A DNA stretch of 64,000 nt from Antedon mediterranea (Eukaryota; Animalia; Echinodermata). The stretch spans positions 23,578,871 through 23,642,870 of the forward strand of contig NC_092676.1 in the NCBI RefSeq assembly GCF_964355755.1. Direction: 5' to 3'. Made by a program: the position numbers and the translations under genes. This document shows positions 26,401 to 40,848 of this stretch, one piece after another. Every line of letters starts with the position of its first letter. Position 1 is the stretch's first letter. The notes under the pieces were generated by a model, which was not told the origin of the DNA, searched no databases, and saw only the letters and a program-made list of their open reading frames with translations.

Positions 26401-27036
26401 AAGAGGTTCTGTAACTAGATGATCCCGAATGTAAACGATGCTTAAAAGACTATAATTTACCATAGAGAGTGAACATGGAATATGAAATCCTATCTATATA
26501 TCTTCTTCCTTTTTTTCGACTATAAATTATAATTGTAATAACAATAATATTGTTACAGGACACATATATTTAAGATAACAAGAGAAGTAATGTTAACTCA
26601 TCATGATTATGTTATGCTTACCTGTGCATTATCTCGGAAAACACGTCTGCCCATCCAGCGCAGATCAATTTTATCAGTATGCTACGATACTATACAATTA
26701 ACTTTTATTAATTGTCTTTACTAAAATAATAATTGGGTAGGTCGTATTAAATAGTCGTATGTTTCACTTTTTAGTTGGATTCGACGAAAGCGTTTCTTTC
26801 GGCCAACAACTGGTGGTATTATGTTCATGTCAGCACTCCATTGTGGATGTGACTCTGTTGATGTGTACGGTATGGGAATTAATAAACAATACTCTGCTCA
26901 TTACTATGATTTAGAACATCAAAGATATAAGTACAACCGGGGTCATGACTTCGGACGAGAGGTTGAAATTCTGAAAGCATTAGACAATGAAGGCATCATT
27001 AATTGGTACAAGCGAGATGTTAATTTGTTTAAGTAA
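23426..27036 (+). CDS. Alpha-N-acetylgalactosaminide alpha-2,6-sialyltransferase (GT29, ST6GalNAc I/II-like), about 408 aa, 7 coding exons: 23426-23517, 24083-24338, 24601-24784, 25161-25323, 25618-25735, 26157-26308, 26775-27036
   Basis: All introns are GT-AG with matching phases (1227 nt total). The protein has a type II membrane anchor ([15 protein letters not shown]), sialylmotif L ([29 protein letters not shown]...[10 protein letters not shown]), LHPDFVRY, motif S ([24 protein letters not shown]), motif III (HYYD) and VS (HDFGRE). The exon 3 donor is the least certain. Confidence 0.92.
23727..23798 (-). pseudogene. Degenerate tRNA-Asp-like sequence inside an intronic repeat
   Basis: Cloverleaf with acceptor GCCCCAG/TTGGGGC, anticodon arm CTGC-ATATCAA-GCAG (ATC), T arm CCGAG-TTAGAGT-CTCGG (mutated TTC), followed by TTTTT. 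Flanks match a repeat family at 9310, 9508 and 40846-40990. Confidence 0.55.
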
Positions 27037-30000
27037 ACACAGAAGGTAGCCTATACACACGCGTATTACACGTATAACGCATTTGTTGCATTCGTACCGA
27101 TACGAGAGGCATTGTTGAGCCCTGAAATGTGCAAACAACCACATTGTGCATACATGGCACCCTCAAATGTGCATGGAGGTATAAAATTAGAAAATGTGCA
27201 AATCTTTAAAAATGTATAATCCACTAATGTGCTAACATCACGCCGTTAAATGTAAAAACGAATAGTTTTGACGTTAAATGTACAAATGAAATTCTACAAA
27301 ATGTGCAAATCATTTTTGTTCAACCTAAATCGTTTATTAAAATTGATAACTTAATTCTAAACAGTCACGGGTTTTTCTAACAATGTTTTAAAGATATAGC
27401 CACTGTGACATACTTAATTGTAGTACAGGCTGAAATAATCTGTTTTGAAGAAACCACAATCATGTCCAGGGATGCAGGATTGGTCGCTGCTTGCTGGAGA
27501 TGGAGACCTCCATACCATTGAAAGGTCCTCTTATTTTAAAGGAAATTAAAAAGAATTTCAATTTCCGTTAAAATAAGAAGACAACTTATTTATATTATTT
27601 ATTTAAAATGTATTGTTGTTATGCGCGATATGAACAGTTTATGTAATTTTAAATTGTGAGGATTTCCTTACGCAAATCACTTTCTTTAACAAAATTAATT
27701 AACAGGAAAATAATGTAGATGAAGTAGGTATATGAATATGGTATAATATTTGCGCAAACATTTTATTCTTTTACCTGCATTTTTTATAAATATATACGGA
27801 TTTTAATGAGCTTTGGTTTTATCAAACACTGAAAATACCATGAGCAATTTGAATATTGATTCAATTTGCGCAAGAAAATCGTCAATGAATTTCAAATTGC
27901 ACCCGATTCTGTGGCTGTCATCAGACTCAGTGTTGTAGACTGTAGCCAGTCTACCAAACACCTATCTAACTGTATTAAATACTTTTAATACACGATATTA
28001 TCTCTGTCATTAGGTTCCTATCTAGAGACAATGTGTAACGTAAAATGTGTATTCAATATCAATTCCAGAATAGTAGCAGGTTTATCGTACTGCCATGCAA
28101 GAATATAATGGATAAGTGTTTTCCGCCGCTTTTAGGCCTTCTAGTCAATTATTAATCATATGAATTACTTAATTAGTTTAGTAGCTCATCTACCTGTTTA
28201 GCAGGGCATAATCAATATCGTATAGCTAGGCCTACTAGTTTGGAGGAAAATAAAAAAAAACAACTAGAATTTAATTCGTCACTTTGACGAATTATAGGTG
28301 ATCATTTTTATAATTTTATTGATATTAATATTTTTTAAACATGCACGTATGTTAACATACGATCGGAAAATGTTGATGTATGCCATCCTAATACCTGATG
28401 CATATGCTTATGGTGCTGATTGATGCCTAATATGTGTTATAGAATATAATACTCTATACGGTACAGTGTATGTACAGTATATCTATATACAGTGTAACAT
28501 AGGTGAAATTACGGGAACCACACCATGTTCTAATTTTTTGGTATGATGACATTGTTAAAAAAAACTTGAAGATCACAATTTCGAAAGATAATAAATTGAG
28601 CAAATAAATATAAGATTTGGAAGAAAATTTGACACGTAGAAGCGCAGTGCGCCCTATTTGAGCAGGGGTCGTCAAATACACGGCCAGCCTGTGGTTCTTT
28701 TTTGGCCAGTCTGTGGTTCGAGGGCGCTAGACATTTGGCCAGCCTGTGGTCCCGAGGGCGCTAGACATTTCGGTCAGCCAGCAGAGAGCCATAGACAGAG
28801 AGAGATGTAATAAGAACACCAGAGGGCGTACTCCAGACTGAAAGGTGATTCCAACAAGAGGGAGAACCAACAACATGGCGGCCGTGTGTTTGACGACCCC
28901 TTTAGCCCTATTTGAAAATTGTATAACTTTGACGAAAGAGATGAAAAAACTATTCTGTAACTTCAACTGGCCATCTGATAACTTTACAACATCCGATAGG
29001 CTTAATTTTTATATGAATTCATATCTAAATTTCTTCAGCTTTTTTAATAAATTATAATCATCAAGGTCATCTTTAATTCAACAAGGCCAACAGCCATAAG
29101 TCGCGTGCTAAAACGCATAGTGATACCGGACCGACAGACAGACCGACAGACCGACCGACCGACATAGTGAACTATAGAGTCGCGTCCACGCGACTAAAAA
29201 TATGGTGTAGTTGAAATTACACGACCTATTTTATTCACGTTTTTACGCGTGATGAGGTCATCAAAATGAAAATATTGACAACTCATAAGAAAAATAATTA
29301 ATTGAGCAATCATATACTAAAATTTGAACGAAAATCGGACACAAAATAACCGAGAAGCGCTTTTTTGTGATAATGTAATAATGATATATATGATATGTGA
29401 TAATCTATGACAAAAGAGGAAAAAATCTAATTTTTTAATTCAAGTGGCCATTTGATGACGTCACAGCATTTTGTACATGAAATGTGTACATGAATTCATA
29501 TCTACAACTTAATGGCTTCCAGAATAAGTTAAACAAATTGGGGGTCATCTTGCATTCAGAAGAATTATTTTCATTTTAAAAATGTCTTATTTTTCACCAT
29601 TTTCAGCACTTGGATGCAATTAATATGCGCATTTTGTCATTTTTAACCTGCTCGTATAGCGTTATTTTAAGTCGGAACAGACTCAAATTTGATGAATGTG
29701 CTAAGGATGGTGAGTAGAATGCAATTTGTACAAAAGATTCGTATTTTTAGGCTTTTTAAGTATCGCGCGTGCAGAAACGTATTTTGAGCTTTTTAACGCG
29801 CGATTTCACGCACATGACATTACGTGTGCGTGCGTTTTTATTTGCTAATATTTTTACCTTTGACCTGAAGTTTACGTGTAGTGAATTGCATTAATTATGT
29901 GATAATGAATTATGGAGATATGATTGCATGATAATGTGATTTCACAAAATGGCGTATAAATGACATCACGGATGAGTGATCACGCTGAAAAGCTTATTAG

Positions 30001-30415
30001 GACTAAGTTAAAGTATTTTGAAAGACATTGCGAAATGTTAGTAATCATTGACATTAGACTTTTTGAGATATTTGTCACACAAAATCTGTACAGAGAGAAA
30101 TAAAGAATCATAAGAATAAAGATTTCATACAATAACAATAGGTGATCATTTTATTTTAAATGATCACCTAATCATTTGGGTGGTACGAGTTTAGGGTAGG
30201 AAGTTAAGTACGAGTTGGCATGTGTACGAGTCGACCAGGGGTAAATCAGCCAGAGTACACCCGCTAGCTCTACTAGAGCATAGACTATAGGTCTGCGGGA
30301 ATGGGAAATCTGGCCTATCTAGGCACAGGCCTACATTGAGTACGTCCAAAAAAAATTCATTGGTCTGAGCATGAAAAGGCCTCGTAGAGCCAGGCGTGTT
30401 AGCCTACTACGGATC

Positions 30416-30605
30416 GGGTGTTTCGAAACTAGAGACCCGAGACCAGGGAACCCAGACCCAATACGAAAAGGGAGACCCCACTATACGAAAAGGGAGACCC
30501 AAATATACGAAAAGGGAGACCCCAAATATACAAAAAGAGAGACCCAAATATACGCAATTTGCGAAAGGGAGACCCAAATATACGAAAAGGGAGACCCAAA
30601 TATAC
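30416..30605 (+). repeat. About 22-bp tandem repeat (ATACGAAAAGGGAGACCCAAAT) following a GGGTGTTTCGAAAC terminus; probable end of a foldback-type DNA transposon
   Basis: About six units are visible. The terminus resembles GGGTGTCACGAAAC of the element at 32208. Confidence 0.7.
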
Positions 30606-31235
30606 AGGAACAATAAGTGAGTGTTTCCAAATAGATGGAACAACTGATAAACTAAGCGACATTTGAAAAATGTGCTGAAAAATGTATGCCAATTCCGGAG
30701 CACAACTTCCAATCAGTTTTCCACCAAGTATGTCAGTGCCTGCGGCTTTATTCGATTTAGTCCTGTGGAAAAGATTTCTTACCTCATCTAAGGTTATCAA
30801 TGGGTTACTCTCAGAAACTAAATTATTACAAATCTCAGTTGACCTACTCTCGAAGTTTGACTCATAGAATTTATTTAAGGATTCCGCTAGGCTTGCTTCA
30901 TCAAACCTGGGAGCCTTCTTTTTAGAACCTGTCATCAATCTTATATCATTCCATGCTTTTCTCGTGTTTTTATCCTGAAAGTGTTTTTCAACATTTTTTT
31001 AGAATTTATTTTTACTCTTTTTAATACTGTTTTTTAACTGGTGTTTTGCTTGTATTAATTTATTTTATCATTACATTTGAATGCTAACCCTTTGTTTCTG
31101 AGAGCAACTTTAACGCTCTTATCTACCCACGGTTTATCATTAGAAAACACTTTGACACATTTACATGGAATGGTCAAGTCTTCACAGACGTTGATGTAAG
31201 ACGAGACAGATTCAGTTAGTTCATTGAAAAGTACG
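30606..31235 (-). mobile_element. Degraded non-LTR retrotransposon ORF2 fragment (Rex1/Babar-like)
   Basis: SYINVCEDLTIPCKCVKVFSNDKPW and KAAGTDILGGKLI..CAPELAYIFQHIFQMSL..VVPSIWKHSLIVPV are motifs preceding and beginning the RT domain. The fragment contains stops and frameshifts. Confidence 0.85.
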
Positions 31236-31269
31236 TAAACTACTGACAACGGCACCAAATTCGAATAGT

Positions 31270-33602
31270 ATTTCATTTACATGTGAAGGAATAGCTAAGT
31301 ATACATAATTGTCTTCTATGGAAAGTATTACCAGAATTAAAAGATCTTCAGAAAGCGTTTAAGAAGCTAAATGATCCTAGACTCATTATGCTTTCTCAGA
31401 GGGGGAACCTATGGCAAGTATTTCAAAACGAGTGCATCAAAGTTGGAAAGGCATTGACGACAGCTTTTAAGATATCCTTGGCATTAAAGGATGTCACTGA
31501 CAAAGCAATTCATCTAGAGTTGTTGAATATTTCAGGACCTCGTTTGACCACAAGCATACGTTTGTCAGTAAGAAAAGCTTTCATGCTAATTAATCTCGCC
31601 GAAAAGGATTCATTTGAGTTAGCTAAAATATACTTGCTTACCCCGGCATACGGAATGTTTTGCTGGTTACAGGAATACATCTTCAGCGCACTGCAAGTAA
31701 ACACAGACAATGGCAAAACGGTGTTACAAAACATCTACAACAGATGTGTACGTAGGAAATACCAAGAAGTTTTAGAAACAATAACCAACGTTTGTAGGAA
31801 CGTTGGGCAAACTTGCAAAGTTAACAAGTTGTGGCAAAATATTATTTCAAGTGTTGATATGACAATGATGACACCAGTAATGACTAATCAGGTACACATT
31901 GTATGTGACAATGATGACATTGAAATTGAAGATTTTCTTCGTGAGCTCTCTGTCGAACTAAAGAAAGCAGAAGATACACTGACACGTTGTAAAACTAATT
32001 TGGAGAAAGTTGTAAAATGTGAAATTGGAGAAGTTGTTAAATTTTTTGCGAAAGATCTTGTTGGTTGTGAAGAGGTGTGCCCGTTTTGCAAGGCCCCATG
32101 CGATAACTTTGCCGGATGTACAACTCATCGAACTGAGTGCCATCGACCTCAAGGGATTGCAGGCCAGAACTGGAACTGGTGGAACTGGTAATGGAAACGT
32201 GGCAAACGGGTGTCACGAAACCTAAGACCACGAAAGCTAAGACCCCCTAAGACCTAAGATCACGAAAGCTAAGACCCAAGACCTAAGATTGCAAATCATA
32301 AGATATACTACAGCTTAAAAACAATACTTGTTTATCCATACATAATTTTAAACATAGTAGATTTCATTTATTACCATAAATATAATTTTAATTATACTAC
32401 CGCAAAACATAGATAAACTCACATTATTTTCGCCCGTTGAGTAAATGTATATTTTTTCTTTACAACAAACAAACTTGACTGGTTGTTTGTTGGTAAATAT
32501 TTACTCCATTGTGTTGGTTCAGAGGATGTTTTTCTTTCGCACCTGCCTTTCTTGTATTTTGACTCCAAATTTGTTAACTGACTTTATTCTGAATATCACA
32601 CTTTAAAATTAGGACTTATATAAGAACTTTCAGGAGGAAAAACACATAAAAACAAATAAATAAATCCTTTAAATTGATGTTTTTACAGACGTGTTTCTTA
32701 ATACTGTAACTCCTCATGCTCAATGTTTTTTTGTTTCTATGAAGCGCCAAAAGAGCAACAATAATAGTACAAGTATAAAAACAGAAAGAAAACGAAACAA
32801 AAAAACTTTAATTATCATGATTTTAAATTAAAATTTATTTGCGAGTATTTATTTCTTCGTACTAGCATGATTATACTATTATTATTACAATTTTAATTTT
32901 ACATTGTTCCATCCACACTGTAGATGGACTCCACAGAGTTTTCAGCACTCTATATAATTTTTGCTCTTTTGACGTTCCATAGAATCAAAAACATTGAACA
33001 TGATGTAGGCCTAAATAGTGTAGGCTAGTCATGCGAAATTCGCAAACAGTATGTGTGCGAGAAAAACGTCTGTAAAATCATCAATTTAAAAATGTATTTG
33101 TTACTTTTTATGTGATTCTTTTTCATAAAGTGCTAATTCTAAGGTGTGGTATTCAGAATAAATGTTGAGAGTTAAAATACAAGGCAGGTGCGAAAGATAA
33201 ATATTTGTAATCTTAGGTCTTGGGTCTTAGCTTTCGTGATCTTAGGTCTTAGGGGGTCTTAGCTTTCGTGGTCTTAGGTTTCGTGACACCCCGTGGCAAA
33301 CAACTTGTCATAGAATTATGTACGACAGCAGTTGCCGAAAACAAAATGCAATTCAGAAAAAGCGATGTTGATAACAATTGGCATAAATATCGTGAATATC
33401 GTACTGTTTACAAATCATGGGCGATTCCACCAATATTGATACAAACACACAGCTGTACTGGAAATGGTTCATGGCAAAATACAACAAAGAGTTGGCAGAA
33501 TTTTATGGATGCAAGAAAGCTAAAATTTCAGATAGTTGGAAAGAAATCACATGGGAAGCAGCAAAGCAGGATCTGATTAACTTATACAATCTAAGAACAT
33601 AA
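31270..33602 (+). pseudogene. 5'-truncated GVIN/URGCP-like GTPase pseudogene (copy C, C-terminal region only)
   Basis: Homologous to 44700-45959 (CPFCKAPCD..H..HRPQG, YWKWFMAKYN). It has a stop at 32189-32191, a transposon insertion at 32208-33291 and a frameshift near 33437. Confidence 0.9.
32208..33291. mobile_element. Non-autonomous foldback/MULE-like DNA transposon, 1084 bp
   Basis: Perfect TIRs of about 83 bp (GGGTGTCACGAAACCTAAGACC... with CTAAGA sub-repeats). 10-bp TSD CGTGGCAAAC at 32198-32207 and 33292-33301. Additional internal inverted repeat at 32530-32700 / 33060-33200. Confidence 0.9.
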
Positions 33603-34848
33603 ATATATAATAGTTCATTATTAATATAAAATTCTTTATTATGCACTATTAATATTTAAATTTGTAATGTTATTATTCATTAATATTGTGAGAATGGAAA
33701 ATCGTTGGAATAATTTACCTTAGTTTCTGGCCACTATTTTTTGTTTACACTAGCAAGTCATTAAAACCAGACTAAAGGATAGACCAAAACAATAAAAAAA
33801 AAACTGGATTGGTAATCAATGATTGTTGCATAGTTGCCTGAATTGATAATTTCAATCTAAATTTTAATATAATTTATAATCCTATCTGTATTTGCAATTC
33901 AGGATTACGTTTGTATAAGTAAAATAACGATAATGAATATTAAACTCAACAGATTCGGTTCTATGATTTCTAATTGATTTTCGATACACGGTTGTTCTAC
34001 CTACCTGTCTATCTGCAGTATAGAAAGCTACACAATAATCGACGCATTTTATTTTCTAATCAATACCAGTCGTGGATGATTCGTAAACAAGAAAGTAAAA
34101 CGATCAATTCAAAACAGTCCACAATCGAAAATGAGATGATTTTATAATACAAACAATCGCACAGTTAGATTTATTTATTTTTGGTTATTTGATATCATTC
34201 TACATTGCACAATAGTTATTTATTTTCAGTTATATTGCTTTCAGGTATAATATTATATATGGTGGTAATAGATGGTAGTAAATATATATACATTTTAACA
34301 ATTAACCTACTATTAACCTCAATTCCTATTTATCATTTCTGAGAAATATTACCTGAAATGTTGATTTATGATTTCGATTATTGATTATCTTCCTGGTTGC
34401 ATTAGGTTAGTATAGGGGTACAGCATACTGAGAATGCTCAATCCTCAACGAAGCTGGGAAAGTATCGATAACTGACAATTATTCAAAAGTTGTTTTTGCG
34501 TTTGAGGGATTCTAAGCTACTCTTTCTAGGTACTTCATCAAACTAATTAAATACTTCACTAAACTAATTCATTACTAATTACATTAATTTAAAATGGTAT
34601 GATAGAATAGAATCCATTACATTAATTATGGTATCATGCATAGTTTTTGATTATAAATTAGTTTGGCGTTACTTAGTTTGCATGGATGTTCATGTTTACA
34701 GCGGTTAGTGGCCAAGCATGTGAAAGACATAAAGCAAGTATTATATACTCTAGCCTTGTCCAAAACCTATCCTACCAACAACATCACATGTGAAATACAT
34801 AGGATGCTGTTTTACGGAAAAGACCAGAGAAATATTATTGATAAATTG

Positions 34849-35175
34849 AGAGCGAGTGAGTGACCGAGTGGTTAAGACAGTGGAACCGCAATACCTTGCC
34901 ATATTAAAATCGGCAAGGGTTCGAGCCTCACTCGCTCCATGGTTCTGGTGGCAGAACGAGTCTTCTCGGATAAGGGCTATAACCGTAGGTCCAGTGTACA
35001 CATCTGGCTCATGTGCACTTTAAAGAACCTAGTACATCTTTCGAGATGAGTAGGGGGTTACCCCGGTGTACTAGTATACACACAACCACTGTCACTCATC
35101 AATAGGGCCCCTTGATTGTCAGCATACGCTGTTTAGGTTCACCCTCTATAAATAAGGTATAATAAAATTAAAATA
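34849..35175 (+). mobile_element. tRNA-derived SINE
   Basis: A box TGACCGAGTGG, B box GGTTCGAGCC, acceptor-like GAGCGAGTGAG/CTCACTCGCTC pairing, a SINE-type central domain and an A-rich tail. Confidence 0.75.
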
Positions 35176-35679
35176 AATAGTGTGTTAGGCCGGCTTAATA
35201 TAATACAGCATGTATTCGTTGTAGTGTTTAATAGAGACATTTATTAGCACTTACGTTTAGGTTAAATAACAATTTTACAACACTATATTGTGTATCGACA
35301 TGTACGTAAATATGCCATAATTGGGTTGAGAAATTATACTTACAATGATTTATTATTCATTAACATGAGCAGCGATTGCATCAAATAATTTTTCAGATTT
35401 TCAAGAAAGAAGAGATTGTCTTTCATACGTGATTGTATTGCGCCAGCAACACAATAATGAATGAAATTAAAATGGTTAAAAATATTACAAATTTTTGAAA
35501 TTTGTCAAATCAATTATGGCTTTTAATGATGATTCATATCTCTTATTATTCCATTTTCAATATTATTCTTTTTCATATATTATTGTGTTTTAATGATTAG
35601 TTATAGATTGACGTTATAATATTGTTTTATTGCTCTTAGTTTTTGTGTTGACACACATTCAATAGATATCTTATCATGT

Positions 35680-35762
35680 AATCTTAGGTCTTGGGTCTTA
35701 TCTTTCGTGATCTTAGGTCTTAGGGGGTCTTAGCTTTCGTGGTCTTAGGTTTCGTGACACCC
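35680..35762. mobile_element. Solo terminal inverted repeat of the 32208-33291 transposon family
   Basis: Near-identical to 33209-33291 and flanked by the direct repeat CATTCAATAGATATCTTA (35656-35673, 35763-35780). Confidence 0.85.
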
Positions 35763-36187
35763 CATTCAATAGATATCTTAGTATCTTATCACGTTAAAAT
35801 GTGTGAAATTAGCACTCAGTGATTTTGTATAATGATATGACTCATGGCATTGAATGAGGTGTAGAGGTTGTTACCTCTGGGTTCAATCCCCCACCTTTCA
35901 ACACACTCTCTCCAGAATTGTGGTTTTGATTTACATCGTTAACAATTCGTACCTTATAACTTTCACTAACCGCAGAAAATGTTGATTGCGCCTGAAATGT
36001 GTGAAATGACAATAACAACCGTAGCCCCAAGTCTGTACTTATTGTCTTTTTTTATTTATTTGTTTTTATTTCGACCGCGATTTTTGTCTGAAAATACAAA
36101 CTCAAGTAATACACATATGAAACGCCATATGTGCAAAAATATTTATATTTTTACTAATATTAAGACAAAACTCCGTCTGGAGCCCAG

Positions 36188-36698
36188 GGGCGGATTGCTA
36201 TAAGCGGTCTATAACCGGTCTTAGCGCTTAGCCGGCTATAATTCATGACGTAGCAAGTAGTCTTTATTTATAGACCATTGCTATACCGCGGTCTAACCTG
36301 TAAACGGTCTTTAAAATTAAAGCCTGCTCGAAGGAGTCTTAAAACAGTCTTAAACCTCTATTTTTGTTGCTTTTACGTATTATTTATCGTCAAAGACAAC
36401 CAATTGAACGATAATAACGGTGATTTTATTCTTATATAGGCCTAGAATGGATTTTCTCGCGTAGAAATGTACGTACTGTTATGATTGTGAATTGAACAAG
36501 CGTGACGAACATTACCTTATTTGGTATTCTACGCGCAAAGTACGCCCTCAATTTGTTACTTTACGTGGTCTTATTTAAGACTGTTTTATAGCAATGGTCT
36601 ATCAGGGAATGGCTTTAATAAGACCGTCTATCTGATAAAGCCGGCTTTAATCGGGGAGTTAAGACCATCAGTTAAGACTGTTTTATAGCAATCCACCC
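36188..36698. mobile_element. PIF/Harbinger-like MITE
   Basis: TIRs GGGCGGATTGCTATA / TATAGCAATCCACCC with 3-bp TSD CAG. A related empty site (aaaactccgtatggaacccagacta) lies at 40025-40049. Confidence 0.8.
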
Positions 36699-39600
36699 CA
36701 GACTATAACAACCATGGCTACGTATGAGATTCTAAGCCCGAAAGCGGGGAGCACGTCGACATGATATCCTTCAAAGTGTGTTTTAATATCCAAATCTACT
36801 ATAGATACCAATACAAAAATGTGATATTCCACTTAGTCTAGCCATATCTTGTCCCTCTTGGTTTAAAACAAAATATTAATCTGATATTTAAAAAATATTT
36901 AACTCTTCAAATCCCAAAAGTGGAAACAAAAATGTTATTATTAGTTTTGCTATAGGCCGACTGTTGACTACTGAGGAGATAGCTGATACCGTATTATCTG
37001 ATAAATTTGAATTTCATTGAGTAAAAAAGACTGAACAAGTACAGTGTACATATTCATATATCTAATTTTACAAATTGCCTCCATGCTATCAAACACGATA
37101 ATGAGATTACAAACACGGAACGATATTTTGCAGAAACGTTCAGTACCAATTCTAATCGAGGCAATTTAAATAATAAAGGCTTGTATTCTTTAAACATATA
37201 GTCTGTAAATCAACAGTAGATGGTATAGAATAACATTGTAATCCTTAAGCCTCCCTTGTGAACAAGAGCAATAAAATGAGTAAGAATCATGTACAATTGT
37301 TTGTTTTCTCTGTTGTAAGTAAACACTTAGTAGATTCTGATGACATTTCAAATAATAAGTATACGGATGAACCTGGATGGACCAAATTTAACCTGTAAAA
37401 TTGTACGAGATTTTAACGACCACGTTGGTCATGTTTTAATTACGGGCTAGCCTAGTCTAGGAGACAATTATACAAACCATTATTTTAGCAGTGATAATAT
37501 AATGTATTACAGTATGCATACAAGGGTGTACCGTGGATATAAGGAACAAATGGAAAATTGTACTTCTTTTTTGAAAAAATAAATAAAGATTGTTGCTTTT
37601 TATACGTATAGCAATTCTAATTCCATCAAGCATAGCCTAACATTTTGGAATCGGTTTCGGAGATGACGTCGAGTAAGATCAACAGCGGTTTTGCTCCTTG
37701 CAACATACTACTCCTATTCAAACACTCATATTTCTCTAGATAGTTCTTTTCCTGTTTTCGATTGTCCATTTTATATTGTTCAGTTTACACACGAGTTAGC
37801 AATACAAAATATATTTCAAACATGACGGAAGTTGACAATGAAGCGTGTATCGTGTCAGTTGGTTAAGCCTACCTACTTGGCATTCGATCATATTAATGCT
37901 TATGAAAAATAATTACCCAAACCAGATTAAATAATTTGGAGTTAATAAATGTTATAATTTCTGCCTTTCCTCCGACCATGCTCAGACTAACCTGCTTGTT
38001 CTATTTTTACGTTTTTTTTTCAATTGTTTTAACTTTTGTTCGTTAACATTTGTAAATAGACACATTTTAATGAAACTATTGCAATTTAATTTAAGTTTAC
38101 GATTAACTTTATATGTTTATATTCAATGCTAGGAGAGCGACTGTTCATTTGAGCAGCCGTTACCCATCATGTATTTTTGTTGAATTGAATGTTATTGTAT
38201 GACATGATTAGCATTGAAATAAACGAAACAAAACTGGGCTAAACACAATTTGGCATTTAAAAACCTTGCCCATGGAATACACGAATACACTGTTTGTGTT
38301 ACAGTAGCAGTTCCTTTGCGTCATATAGTGATTGCAAACATAATTGATTTGGATGTTCTTTTCATTTGTCTCTCTCATTAATTTGTAATTTATACAAAAA
38401 TGTTTGTATTGTTCTTTTCCTTTATATTATTATTGTAGGCCTATTTTGTTGACCTGGGTTTAAAAATATCAACTGAAGATCAAGACAATGTTGTTATAAA
38501 TCCGCTTGAGAGTAGCCTGCAGTAAGTTATAACAGTTAAACAAATAAAAATGCAGTAAAGGTATAGTTATGAAAATATATGGTTGTATCGTATTTAATAT
38601 AACAAAAATTCAAGAAAAGGTATAAAAACTTTTTTGAATTGATTGAATTTATTTGATGCTCAACTTTAAAATAACAAACAGACAAAAGACAAAATAACGA
38701 GCATCAGGAACACCCATTAGGCCGGAAAAACCAGCCCATTTCCAATGGGGTCCAAATTGCACATAACAAACAAGAGAAAATACATTTATAAAAACTATAT
38801 ATATATATATATATACATTAAAATAAAGCCCAGTAAAACAGAAAAAAACAATCGCCATACAGTGCCTCGATTACTGATTACTGTTACACAGCACGTGACG
38901 CTTCTACTAATCGTTTCCTTAGGGAGCTTGTTTCCTCATATACATTTACAAGAGCACTACCGGTGTACCGCAGTTAGGCTGCAGATGTTCTAGAACTACA
39001 ACGGAATGTAATAACTACCTGACAAAAAGTAAGTTTTTAAACGCTATTTTATCTACTTTTATTACAATTTGTTGGGGGGATGTAAGTTTGTGGATAATAA
39101 TCTACACTAGTCTACTGTGGAAAGTTTTAAGACCTATCTATCCGAGCATAGGTCAACTAGCTAAACGTTTTTCTGAGGTTTCAATAATGTCGTTTTAAAT
39201 AAGTCTACACACACAACGAGTTATATTTTCATAGAAGGTGACAGTATTTAATCAAAATAACATTCTTTCTTGTCAACAATAATTCTTAACTAAAGATGTC
39301 GTGCCGTGGTACATTAAAATCCCTTCTCCAGGCCATGCCTTCAATACAAGCACTGCATGTTAGCCAAAGTAATTGTACCTGGTCATTTTGCTAACACCTT
39401 CTAACAACATCTATGAATGTACGGGTAGCCCCTTTCATCTGACCAGACGTAGACTTGCCCCATGTCTGTATTTTTTTAATTTATTTGTTTCTATCCCTTT
39501 GTCAAATTCCAAAAAAATAAAAATAAAAAGATTTCGAAAAAAAGTGGGTCATTTTGAAGTATCATAATAGTTATTAACTTTCACCAAAAAATAGTCGGAA

Positions 39601-40710
39601 AAAAAATCATTTAACTGAAATACTGACGTTTTTTGGTTCAAAAACTAACTTTGACTTCCAGTCAAAGTTTTAGATCAAAACATATCTCATAATGCAATGC
39701 GCATATTTGGCTGCTCTGTATGCATAATCATAAAACTTCCTTGAGATCTGTGTGAAAACACCTTCTCAACCGTGACAAGTTGTAAACAATCCTAATTAGC
39801 ATCATGCATGTATACTCATGGTTTGAAATCATTGTTTACTTTGTTTTCCAGACGAAATGTAATCAAATTAATTTAGCTAATAATTACGTAAAATTGTTGT
39901 TTTTGTCTTGAATTTTCGACTTAAAGTGAATAACTTTAATATTACGTTGATATGGCCAATTAAAATTTAGTATATTTTGACCTTCATTTTTATGTGTTTC
40001 AAGAGACAATACATCTTTAAGACAAAACTCCGTATGGAACCCAGACTAGACCAGACGCAACACATGGCATTTATCTCTAGTTCCGAAAACTCTGGAAACA
40101 CCGTCAGGGCACGGAGGTATATTAGTACCACCTCCATGGTCTGGGCAAACACGTACAATTCATATGTGGTTCAGAATTCTTGGTGCATGCGATTATCCGG
40201 TTTATTAGTTTCAGACGCATGCGATTGGCTAACTCATTCGAAAATATTTGAATATGTATAATATTTGGAAATTTCAACGATTGAACAACTAAGATGATGC
40301 GCATGCGCTGTTACGTTTTGACGCAGTTTGACGGTTTTGACGCAGGCAGTATATATTATAAATATTTTGTGTAATTTGTTTTATAAGTATTTTAAATGTA
40401 TATGGTCTTTTTATATCTATATTCTTGTCAGGGAAGACAATTTTCAAAATGTAATTTTATTTATTTTATGACGAATAAAATGTTATCTATCTATCTATCG
40501 TTATATGATAGAACGGTGTTTCACGTTAAACGATCTTCAGATAGACTGAACAATACCGTATCTCGAGGTGTTATAAGGCTTTAGTCAGGTGCTATGTAAA
40601 TTTTCTTGTTATGACGACATTTTTAAATCAGTTCAGACCTTTTGTTTAACAAATTTGTTTTGTTTGCATTTAGAATACATAGCTTTTCATCTAAACAAAG
40701 ACTACAACGC

Positions 40711-40848
<138 letters not shown>

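Noticed and set aside
30416-30605. Possible CRISPR-like array and ORFs 30371-30712
   Set aside because: Contiguous tandem units without unique spacers, in a eukaryotic context with no cas genes; the ORFs are repeat translations.
34849-34940. Functional tRNA gene
   Set aside because: No proper anticodon arm, and it continues into a SINE body and tail.
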